The notes under the pieces were generated by a model, which was not told the origin of the DNA, searched no databases, and was given only the letters and a program-made list of their open reading frames with translations. From a virus (Duplodnaviria; Caudoviricetes): a DNA stretch of 64,000 nt. The stretch is taken from IMG/VR virus record IMGVR_UViG_3300037851_000284, positions 32,001 through 96,000 of that record. One strand, given 5' to 3'. A program made the position numbers and the translations under genes. Each line of letters starts with the position of its first letter. Position 1 is the first letter of the stretch. Below are positions 24,282 to 32,852 of this stretch, piece by piece.

Positions 24282-24667
24282 CAAAGAAGGACATAGATCT
24301 AATAGAAAAAGCAATTTTACACTGGAAATATGATATATTACCAGCCTTATTGAATGATATGGTACCCAAAAGTGGTATAGGAGCAAGTTCTTGTCCTTTA
24401 TGTAGAGTCTATAACAAAGGAAACAGTAATGGATGTGGAAAGTGTCCTATAAAAATAAAAGTTAAACATGATTTCTGTTTATTTACTCCATTTATAAAAG
24501 TTCAGTTCTTTTGTAACAAAAGAAAATATAAGAAAGCTGTTTCTGCTTGCTTAGAAGAGATCGAATTGTTAGAATCCTTGTTAGACGGTAGAAAAGTTAA
24601 AAAAGGGGAAGGCAAGGAAGAGGATCGCGGATCTGTACCAGCTAATAGAATATGTTTAAGATATTAA
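24278..24667 (+). CDS. Cys-rich hypothetical protein (paralog of 11643..12017)
   Basis: ILHW...SCPLC...C.KCPI...FC.FTPF...EEIELLESLL. Confidence 0.6.
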   Translation: MTKKDIDLIEKAILHWKYDILPALLNDMVPKSGIGASSCPLCRVYNKGNSNGCGKCPIKIKVKHDFCLFTPFIKVQFFCNKRKYKKAVSACLEEIELLESLLDGRKVKKGEGKEEDRGSVPANRICLRY

Positions 24668-24683
24668 TAATAAGGATATTACA

Positions 24684-24896
24684 GTGAATAAGAAAATTAC
24701 TTTATCAAAGAAGAACCAGCGTTTAGTAAAAGAAACAATTGTTTACTGGGAAGACGATGTTCTTTGTGCTAGAAAAGAAATAAAGTTTCTTAAGTCTTTG
24801 CTAGATAATGGCAAAACTGTAAAAAGAAGGAAATATACAAAAAGAACAGAGGATCGTGGTTCTGTATCCACTAACGGGATTTGTTTAAGACAATAA
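24684..24896 (+). CDS. internally deleted paralog of 24278..24667
   Basis: Keeps N-terminal I.YW and C-terminal LKSLLD...EDRGSV..N.ICLR but lacks the Cys core. Confidence 0.45.
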   Translation: MNKKITLSKKNQRLVKETIVYWEDDVLCARKEIKFLKSLLDNGKTVKRRKYTKRTEDRGSVSTNGICLRQ

Positions 24897-24954
24897 AACC
24901 TTCGCGCAAAGAAATTCTAAAAATTCCGGCGGAGAATCTAGAAAGACAATAAAA

Positions 24955-25473
24955 ATGGTGAAATCTTGGCAAGAATTAGAAGATTTAGTCTGCGACCTAT
25001 TAGAAAACGACAACCCAGTCAAACCAAAAGGAAGCGGAAGTACCAAAAAAGAAGAAGATGTAGTCGGAACTTGTATAATAGCACAATGTAAATATACAGA
25101 GAACAAAAATATGTATCTATCTGATAACGATATAGATAGATTAAAATCCTCTGCAAAATTGCAAGACAAATTTCCAATATTTGTCAATTCTAATGGAAAA
25201 GACACAGTTATATCGTTTATAGTAAATAATGATACTAAAGATATTGTTTCAGATACTATAGATATTATTATATTAAATAAGTGTTCCTTTTCTCCAGAAT
25301 TAATAAGAAAAGTTAATAACTTAAAAACCCTTGAACAGATATCTAAAGCAATAGACGGTTTATCTAAAATTACTGTAGCTATTAATAACAAATCAAAGGA
25401 AAAATTTGATAAAGTAAAAAGAGTAATACAAGCAAAATTCGAAGATCTAACGACACACAACCTATTTGATTAG
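24955..25473 (+). CDS. PD-(D/E)xK nuclease, resolvase-like
   Basis: WQELE ... GSG....EDV ... QCK. Confidence 0.6.
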   Translation: MVKSWQELEDLVCDLLENDNPVKPKGSGSTKKEEDVVGTCIIAQCKYTENKNMYLSDNDIDRLKSSAKLQDKFPIFVNSNGKDTVISFIVNNDTKDIVSDTIDIIILNKCSFSPELIRKVNNLKTLEQISKAIDGLSKITVAINNKSKEKFDKVKRVIQAKFEDLTTHNLFD

Positions 25474-25765
25474 AACATTTGAGTACAACAACTTATTATA
25501 TCACAAGCGCATAGATATTTATGGAAAAAATAGATATAGTATGTTATAACTGCAGGTACTTGTTTGAATTTACTCCTTTTCGTATTGATATATGTGAAAG
25601 TTTAACTATAAAATATCCATGTTGTCTCATATGTTTAGACGTAGAAGGAAATATAATAGATGAAACGGTGTAAATATTGAGGTTGCGGATGATATTATAA
25701 ACTAAGAACAGTATATGAAACTGGGTGTGTTAGAAATAAATGTAAATACCTAAAAGGAAATAAAA

Positions 25766-26899
25766 ATGTCATTAAGCAAGGAAAAGAAGAAGGCATTACA
25801 GAAGCTAAGAGATAGTTTTTTAAAAGACAATAAGCTAGACCCAGAGAAAACCAAGATGGGGTTTCTAGATGAAAATGAAAATATTGGTAAAATAGAAAGG
25901 CTTCCCACTGGATTAATAGGATTTGATGTATTAACTGGTGGTGGTTGGGTGAAGGGTAAGATTAATCAGCTAGTTGGTGGAGAATCAGCAGGTAAAACTA
26001 CCAAACTATTAAAGTCAATAGCATACTGGCAGGATAATCTAAAAGACTTCGTAGCTGCATATATACCAGCAGAGAAGAACTTTGATCGAGAATGGGCTAC
26101 TGCCCAAGGATGTAAGGAAGATAGTACTTGGATTTATGAACCAAGATTAGCCGAGGAAAACCTAGATTTCGTAATGAAGTGCGCAGATGATAATAGTGGA
26201 GTAGATTGTCTTATTATAGATACTCTACAAGCTTTATCATCGGCAAAAGAAGTATATAAAGGTAAAAAGGCAGACGGAACCCCAGCAGATAAAGAACGTT
26301 CGGTGAATGATGATACAATGGCCTTGTTGCCAAGGCTATATTCCCAGTTTTTAAGAATGTATACTTCTAAAGCCTCTGACACTTTAACTTTGATTCTTGC
26401 ATCTCAAGTCAGAACGGATATAACATCCATGGCAAGGGACAAGGAAAAAGAAACCGGAGGTAATGCATTAAGGCATTACAATGTATTAAACGTTAAGATG
26501 ACTCGTAAGGGAGATAGCGCATTCCCAGTAAAAGAGGGCGAGAGAGCCCCACCTAATTCATATGCTGTGCAATTAACAATCACAAAATCCAAGGTGAAAA
26601 ATAGATACAAAGGAAACAAGTTATTGATGTATTTTTATCATGGATCCTTTGACCATAGGTTTAACGTTATTTGTATAGCTAGAGACCTTGGATTATGGGA
26701 TGGCAAGCATCTTGAATATGAAGTTAATGGAGAAAAAAAGGAATTCAAAGCTAGGGGTTTGAAAGAGGCCATCGAAAAGATGCCTCCAGAAGCTGTAATG
26801 TACCTAGAACCTCTACTAACCGATGCTTACACAAACTTAGTAATGAACTATATTCCCTCAGCAGACAATGATATTGACGAAGAGGATGGAGCATTATAG
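25766..26899 (+). CDS. recA: RecA/UvsX-like recombinase
   Basis: PTGLIGFDVLTGGG, GGESAGKTT, LIIDTL, SQVR, TGGNALRHY. Confidence 0.92.
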   Translation: MSLSKEKKKALQKLRDSFLKDNKLDPEKTKMGFLDENENIGKIERLPTGLIGFDVLTGGGWVKGKINQLVGGESAGKTTKLLKSIAYWQDNLKDFVAAYIPAEKNFDREWATAQGCKEDSTWIYEPRLAEENLDFVMKCADDNSGVDCLIIDTLQALSSAKEVYKGKKADGTPADKERSVNDDTMALLPRLYSQFLRMYTSKASDTLTLILASQVRTDITSMARDKEKETGGNALRHYNVLNVKMTRKGDSAFPVKEGERAPPNSYAVQLTITKSKVKNRYKGNKLLMYFYHGSFDHRFNVICIARDLGLWDGKHLEYEVNGEKKEFKARGLKEAIEKMPPEAVMYLEPLLTDAYTNLVMNYIPSADNDIDEEDGAL

Positions 26900-27143
26900 T
26901 GACTAAAGGTGAACTACTTAAGTTTTTAGAGGATGAGATAAAAGGTTATAGGAAAGGGGCTATAGCCTCTCTCGAAAGAAGCAAACACATGCATAATTGC
27001 GGGAATCTAAGGGTATCTCAAGATTTTATAGATGCCCTATTAGTAGACTCTGTTAATAACATAGCAGCAGGACAAGGCATAGACTAAGGAAAGAATAAGA
27101 GAATATAATAGACTATATATGCAAGGATACAGAAGGAGACAAC

Positions 27144-27449
27144 ATGAAATTTGAAGACTTAGAAGTTGGAAGATGTTATTCGTTTTCTAAAAACAGTGTA
27201 CGGGTTTATATAAATATAATATCCAACAACTCTAAACAGAGAAAGATAAGATATAATATGGTGACAAATGGAGGTTTGTCCCTTGAATTCAGAGGAACAT
27301 ACGAGAAGGACGAAAGAACGGTTTCTTGTCGAAAAATAACAATGAGATTTTTCAAAGACCGATTGGCAAAATCCAAGGACTTTACGACTGGCGTTCGTTA
27401 CGGTCAAGCTAAGGAACACACACTAGTTAGAGAGGTAGAACAAAAATGA
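27144..27449 (+). CDS. hypothetical protein
   Basis: MKFEDLEVGRCY; GGAG RBS. Confidence 0.55.
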   Translation: MKFEDLEVGRCYSFSKNSVRVYINIISNNSKQRKIRYNMVTNGGLSLEFRGTYEKDERTVSCRKITMRFFKDRLAKSKDFTTGVRYGQAKEHTLVREVEQK

Positions 27450-27676
27450 AAGATAGATTCGGAAGAGAATTAAATACTGGTGATATATGCTTTAGATACA
27501 AGACTGGTTCAGTATACACGAGATCCTATATAATCCCTGTAAAAATATTACATTTTTCAAAGGAGAGAGTCTATACCAGTCAGAATACCTATGTAGAATC
27601 TAAGTCATTAATTAAGGCATCAGCAGAAGGAATGTTGTTTGAATCTGACAAAAGAACAGAAGATAATATTGGATAA
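27446..27676 (+). CDS. hypothetical protein
   Basis: MKDRFGRELNTGD start typical of small phage SH3-like proteins. Confidence 0.55.
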   Translation: MKDRFGRELNTGDICFRYKTGSVYTRSYIIPVKILHFSKERVYTSQNTYVESKSLIKASAEGMLFESDKRTEDNIG

Positions 27677-29303
27677 TTGTTATACCAATTTATATATTAG
27701 CGCTGCTCCAGGGTCGGGCAAGTCTAGTATGTTGTCAATTATAGCCAATAAGTTATTAAACGATCCTTTAAATAGTATTTTGTTAATTACTTTTACTAAT
27801 AAAGCTTCAAAAAATATCATATTAAAATGTTTTAGTTCCGATCAGACTCGTATAGTTGGTGGAACATTTCATGGTCTAGCTAATTTATTTGCTAAACAAA
27901 ACAATATCTTTTGGAATATCTGTGATGAAGGAAAGAAACGATTAATAATTAAAAAGATATTTAATTGCAAGAAAGATAAATTAAAACTGTATGAACTCAT
28001 AGATAAGATATCATCATCTAAATCGTTATGGCCTATAGAACTATCTGATGAGGTACAGAAGTATAATTCTGAACTGGAGAAATATAACTTATTAGATTTT
28101 GATGATATGATTTACAGGATAATTAGCTTGCTTCCCAAATTATCCCTACCAAAGATTACACATATTCTAGTAGATGAACTTCAAGACACTTCTGGACCAC
28201 AGCTAGAAATGTTAAAGGCCTTACAAGCTAATCTAAAATGTAATATTATCGGTGTAAGTGACGATGATCAATGTATTTATGAATGGCGCAATGCCCGCCC
28301 CGAAAATGTACAGGACTTTATTAAAGTATTCAATTGTAAAATCTTAAACATGGGTTATAATTTCAGGTCGGATAGAAGTATTGTCGTTGCTTCTAGTAAT
28401 TTAATAACCCATAACAAGAATCGTATAACGAAAATCATACGACCATATAAAACATCTGAGGGATACATACATGAATACCAATGTCAGTCACCATTATCAG
28501 AGATAAGTTATGTAATATCAAAGTGTAAGCAGAATTCAGGTAAGAGAATAGCTATATTATATAGGAACAGAACACTCAAAAACCACCTAGAATACGAACT
28601 AAAAAAGAACAATATAAAATATACAGTCAATGACGCTCTAGAGATATCTGATAGAAATGCTGTGAAAGTCATTATGAGTTCTTTAAAGGTAGCATCTTCG
28701 TCAGGGGATATCTACGACCTAGAGATAGCATCGAAGGCCTTAAAAGGCATTGGATGCGTTACAATAGAGTCCCTAAAGAAAGAGTTAAAAGATAGGACTC
28801 TAGGAGAATTATTAAGAGATAAGTTTCATGACCCAAAGAATGCTAAGAAGTTTAATTCGTTAATAAGTATTATATCATATTTTAACAATAACAAAGACAA
28901 GAACTTAGATAGTTTAGTAAGTTATATAGAAAGATTCTTCTGTTCCTCCTTTATTTATCAAGATGATATGAAATTGTTTATCCATGATATAACTAAGGAT
29001 TATAAGATAAATTGTTGTGATATAAGGGAGTTATGTAACGACTTGGGGCTAGATGGTAAGGAAGAGAATCAAGATAAAGATGCGTTAGTAGAGTTATCGA
29101 CGATACATGGTTGGAAAGGAATGCAAGCTGACGTAGTAATTATACCATGGTGTCATATGTTTCTAGAATATAAGCAGGGAAGAGTTATAGATACAGAAGC
29201 TGAGAGAAGACTATTTTATGTCGGCATAACTAGAGCAGAATCAAAACTTTATCTTAGTTATACTGGAAAAATCCCGTTATTTATAGGAGAAATGTCCCTA
29301 TGA
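27639..29303 (+). CDS. UvrD/PcrA-like SF1 helicase
   Basis: AAPGSGKS, ITFTNKA, TFHG, VDELQD, DDDQCIYEWR, NFRS, STIHGWKG, ERRLFYVGITRA. Confidence 0.92.
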   Translation: MNLTKEQKIILDNCYTNLYISAAPGSGKSSMLSIIANKLLNDPLNSILLITFTNKASKNIILKCFSSDQTRIVGGTFHGLANLFAKQNNIFWNICDEGKKRLIIKKIFNCKKDKLKLYELIDKISSSKSLWPIELSDEVQKYNSELEKYNLLDFDDMIYRIISLLPKLSLPKITHILVDELQDTSGPQLEMLKALQANLKCNIIGVSDDDQCIYEWRNARPENVQDFIKVFNCKILNMGYNFRSDRSIVVASSNLITHNKNRITKIIRPYKTSEGYIHEYQCQSPLSEISYVISKCKQNSGKRIAILYRNRTLKNHLEYELKKNNIKYTVNDALEISDRNAVKVIMSSLKVASSSGDIYDLEIASKALKGIGCVTIESLKKELKDRTLGELLRDKFHDPKNAKKFNSLISIISYFNNNKDKNLDSLVSYIERFFCSSFIYQDDMKLFIHDITKDYKINCCDIRELCNDLGLDGKEENQDKDALVELSTIHGWKGMQADVVIIPWCHMFLEYKQGRVIDTEAERRLFYVGITRAESKLYLSYTGKIPLFIGEMSL

Positions 29304-29596
29304 ATCTAAGAGACACCCAATATAATGATGAATTAAATTTAAGAGAACCATTCACTAATGGAAAAAGGGTAAATGTTGAAGTATTAAAGTCAAAGGGTAA
29401 AATAATTCAAAAGGTAGTTTTAGGAAAAGACGTTTGTTATCTAGTTAAACTAGATGATATCTTTATAATTGCAAAAAAAGATACTTTAGACAGATCTAGA
29501 TTTCCTATTACAGGGACCAAAATAATTTGTATAAACATTGCCTACTTAAAAGAAATAGAGGATAATGATGGCACTCAAAGTATTGGACCGCGTTAA
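29300..29596 (+). CDS. hypothetical protein
   Basis: 98 aa, ATGA-coupled. Confidence 0.5.
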   Translation: MNLRDTQYNDELNLREPFTNGKRVNVEVLKSKGKIIQKVVLGKDVCYLVKLDDIFIIAKKDTLDRSRFPITGTKIICINIAYLKEIEDNDGTQSIGPR

Positions 29597-29746
29597 GAAA
29601 TGGATTTATCAATCAACATCAGAATCAGACCAACAATTATTTCATGATGTCCCAATAGGACAAGTAATATACATACAAGGTAAAGTGTATGTAACAAAAT
29701 CAGAATTAAAAACCGATGAAAACAGAGACTACTACGAGGTAGAGAA

Positions 29747-30334
29747 ATGCTAGATCTATTTTCCCAAGGTAAAAGCACACAAGAACTTATAACGCTTCTA
29801 GAAAACGACGTAAAAGCATACAGAAAGAAACAAGGAGTAGAGTCAAGGTCCAAGACAAAGATATATTATGGTAACTTAGAATATATTAATAACAATATAC
29901 TCATAGTAACAAGTCCTCCCAAAGCAAGGATATTTGAAACAGCCAATGATAAAAATATATCAGACCTGTTACTATCACACGGTATAACCAACTTTTTTAT
30001 AACATATTTTCATTTTATAAGCAAAGAACAAATATCAAAGAAGGATATTAAAGACTTTGGATTCTATGTCAGAGGATTCGCAGATATAATATCTCCTAGA
30101 ATAATAGTGTGCCTCGGAGAAGATGCTCAGCTATCCTTCTTTAAAAAGAAGTTTCTGATAGAAGACTATCACGGAAAAGAAATAGGAGACTTTGAAGGAA
30201 TACCAATATACACAACCTATCCTATGGAATATTATACAGAACATTCAAAGTTTGAAGACGATTCCTATAAAGAATCGCTAAAAGATGAAGACTGGAACAT
30301 CATAAAAGAAAGATACAAAGGAGTAATATCTTGA
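29747..30334 (+). CDS. uracil-DNA glycosylase family-4-like fold, degenerate
   Basis: ISPRIIVCLGEDA ... G ... IPIYTTYP..Y (HP replaced by YP). Confidence 0.55.
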   Translation: MLDLFSQGKSTQELITLLENDVKAYRKKQGVESRSKTKIYYGNLEYINNNILIVTSPPKARIFETANDKNISDLLLSHGITNFFITYFHFISKEQISKKDIKDFGFYVRGFADIISPRIIVCLGEDAQLSFFKKKFLIEDYHGKEIGDFEGIPIYTTYPMEYYTEHSKFEDDSYKESLKDEDWNIIKERYKGVIS

Positions 30335-30549
30335 TAATACTGGATTTTTTTTGTAAAAAATGTGGCAACCAAGAGAACGAAGTTCTAGTTAAAGATCATA
30401 GGGAAGAAGTAATATGTAAAATATGTCAAGAAAAAATGGAGAGAATATACAGTGGAACAGTATATAAAACCAGAAGAAAATCAGACACTCCATATCCGAC
30501 CAATCTACTGGGAAGAGGAAACGATAGAGCCAACTTCGGAATCATGTAG
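30331..30549 (+). CDS. FmdB-like zinc-ribbon protein
   Basis: DFFCKKCG ... CKICQEKMERIYS. Confidence 0.7.
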   Translation: MIILDFFCKKCGNQENEVLVKDHREEVICKICQEKMERIYSGTVYKTRRKSDTPYPTNLLGRGNDRANFGIM

Positions 30550-30607
30550 CAGAATATATTACTTCCTAGAATATATTCGACCTATAATATCTATTTATAC
30601 AATAATT

Positions 30608-30988
30608 ATGTATGTTCGAAGTCCACTACGTTATAGAAGAAATATAAATCTTCGTTCACAATCTGATCCCATAAAACAAGGTTGGAGTATATATATAGCA
30701 AGAGGAAATGAGTATAGTTCGTTATTCCAAAGTTGGAAGAACATGGAAAATATAGAAAAAATGTCATGTAAAAGACTAGACCTTGTTGTTTCACTAGGAA
30801 CAATAGAAACATCAACAAAAGATCGTTGTCATCAAACATTATTTGGAAATCACCTGTCAATAAGGCAAACAACTAGCAGCACAAAAACATTAGTGACATT
30901 ATCGAACAACCGCTTCTTTAGTGGAGTTGGAAAGACTGTGTCTTTAAAACAGGATATACTCATCGATGAATTTAATATACCATTCTGA
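30608..30988 (+). CDS. hypothetical protein
   Basis: Start moved to ATG 30608 to avoid overlap. Confidence 0.4.
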   Translation: MYVRSPLRYRRNINLRSQSDPIKQGWSIYIARGNEYSSLFQSWKNMENIEKMSCKRLDLVVSLGTIETSTKDRCHQTLFGNHLSIRQTTSSTKTLVTLSNNRFFSGVGKTVSLKQDILIDEFNIPF

Positions 30989-31634
30989 AAAGTATAAAAA
31001 TTGGTTTAGTGAAATATTATATTATTCCACTTCACAATCATATAGAGAATCAAAGGAATTATTTGAAGTAGAACATTCCAACTACAGAATTGAAGGTAAC
31101 TCATTTAGGCATATAAATACGAACTACAAAGAGTATCGTTATTACGCCTTTGGTATTCTAGTCCCTATACTTAGTACGAGAATCCTACCTATAGATATAG
31201 ATATGATTCCAATCGATCGTATACAAGAATTGACTCTAAAGATAAATACAATACCAGAAATAGAACAACTTGATTTATTAATCTCAAGTACAGGCGGAAG
31301 CATTTCACAGAGAAATTATCATATAATACTAGGATTTACTAAAGATATAAACGGACATGAACTATTAAGATCACTAAATACTAGTATATGTAAAGGATAT
31401 ATGAGATGCGCTACAGAAAACAAGGCATTGGTTCTAAGAACCTCCCAAAAATTCTGGGCAGATGGAAACATCACTTCCCCACCAAGGCACATAGTATCTT
31501 ATCTAGTAAATTCTAACAAAAAGACTAAGGAAATAGCTAATATTACATTACCGAAAAAGGAAGATATTGAAAGTAAGAATGATAAAGTTTCATTCTTTCA
31601 TTTGGGTAACCCATATCATATAATAGAAGGATAG
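30966..31634 (+). CDS. hypothetical protein
   Basis: 222 aa; PIDID and NYHI motifs loosely resemble AEP primase-like proteins. Confidence 0.55.
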   Translation: MNLIYHSEKYKNWFSEILYYSTSQSYRESKELFEVEHSNYRIEGNSFRHINTNYKEYRYYAFGILVPILSTRILPIDIDMIPIDRIQELTLKINTIPEIEQLDLLISSTGGSISQRNYHIILGFTKDINGHELLRSLNTSICKGYMRCATENKALVLRTSQKFWADGNITSPPRHIVSYLVNSNKKTKEIANITLPKKEDIESKNDKVSFFHLGNPYHIIEG

Positions 31635-31635
31635 C

Positions 31636-32028
31636 ATGGCTAAATTAATATCATCCAGAAAACAGAAGGGCAGACGTCTCCAACAGAGAATAGCAACTTG
31701 GATTATAAGAACGTTTAATTTAAGTCCAGAAGATGTATGGAGTAATCCAATGGGATGTGAAGGAGAAGATATAAGATTATCAGAGAAGGCAAGGGAGAAA
31801 TTTCCATTCTCTGTAGAATCAAAGAACGTTGAAAAAATTAATATATGGGCCGCGTTAGAGCAAGCAGAAGGTTCAAATAGAAAATATAAACCTCTATTAG
31901 TATTCTCTAGAAACAGAAGTGAAGATTATTGTGCTTTAAAATTCTCTGACTTTATGCAAATCTTAAGAGACAAAGAAGATCTGTTAAGAGAAATAGCAAC
32001 CTTATATGAACAAAGACAGGAGATATAA
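31636..32028 (+). CDS. Holliday-junction resolvase-like PD-(D/E)xK nuclease
   Basis: KGRRLQQ ... GCEGEDI ... FSVESKN ... EQA ... PLLVFSRN. Confidence 0.8.
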   Translation: MAKLISSRKQKGRRLQQRIATWIIRTFNLSPEDVWSNPMGCEGEDIRLSEKAREKFPFSVESKNVEKINIWAALEQAEGSNRKYKPLLVFSRNRSEDYCALKFSDFMQILRDKEDLLREIATLYEQRQEI

Positions 32029-32594
32029 TGGTTATAAAAGTAGTGGGTTGTGGAGGAATTGGGTCATACTTTGCACAACATATAGATAGATTAGTAGAAA
32101 CCAAGCAGATAACTACAGCAGATTTTTTCTTTTATGATGACGATGTTGTAGAATTAAAGAATATTCTATATCAAAACTTTTCTACGAAAGATATAGATTC
32201 AAACAAGGCAGATGCTCTATCTATGAGATACTTTAATATTACATTTAGGAATAAAAGATTATCAATAGATGACTTAAGTGGAGATTTATCTATATTATGT
32301 GCAGACAATAATAAAATAAGAAAGGAAGCCTGGAAAAATTGGATAGATAACAAGATCCCGTTCATAGATGCTAGAGCAAACGGGAGAGCGGTAGGAATCT
32401 TCTCCAATGAAACTCCAAATTATGAAGACACATTATCAAAAGATGATACTTCTTCTTCATGCCAAAATCCATTTCAGATAGCAAAGAAGGAAATAGAGTT
32501 TGGGAACGTAGTAATCGCAGCTATTTTAGCACAAGTAACACTTAATTATCTTAGACTTAAAACCTTACCAGTAGATGTAACTATAAACATATGA
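32028..32594 (+). CDS. ThiF/MoeB/E1-like adenylyltransferase
   Basis: VVGCGGIGS, YDDDVVELKN..YQ, LCADN, FIDARA, single Cys in SSSCQ. Confidence 0.85.
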   Translation: MVIKVVGCGGIGSYFAQHIDRLVETKQITTADFFFYDDDVVELKNILYQNFSTKDIDSNKADALSMRYFNITFRNKRLSIDDLSGDLSILCADNNKIRKEAWKNWIDNKIPFIDARANGRAVGIFSNETPNYEDTLSKDDTSSSCQNPFQIAKKEIEFGNVVIAAILAQVTLNYLRLKTLPVDVTINI

Positions 32595-32851
32595 ACAAAC
32601 ACATGAGTGACATCAAAGACAGAGATAGAGTAGTCCTTATTGACGATTCCCATGATGAATATAGTAGTGAAAGGTTCTTGAAGAAGGATAACATTAGCTT
32701 TGGTGAAATATATATAGTAAGCAGATCCACTAAATTATATCTAGCGTTAGAAGGGAAAAAGTTCTTCCATTCAAAACGCAGATTTGTAACTGCGGATAGC
32801 CTACCAAAAAGCGATAGTATACCATCAAGAAGATTGAATTTAAGAGGATAA
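32591..32851 (+). CDS. hypothetical protein
   Basis: 86 aa, ATGA-coupled. Confidence 0.5.
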   Translation: MNKHMSDIKDRDRVVLIDDSHDEYSSERFLKKDNISFGEIYIVSRSTKLYLALEGKKFFHSKRRFVTADSLPKSDSIPSRRLNLRG

Positions 32852-32852
32852 G

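Noticed and set aside
32028-32594. Thiamine or molybdopterin biosynthesis role for the ThiF-like gene
   Set aside because: No thiG/thiH/moaE or sulfurtransferase in the window, and the ThiF/MoeB Zn-binding CxxC pairs are missing.
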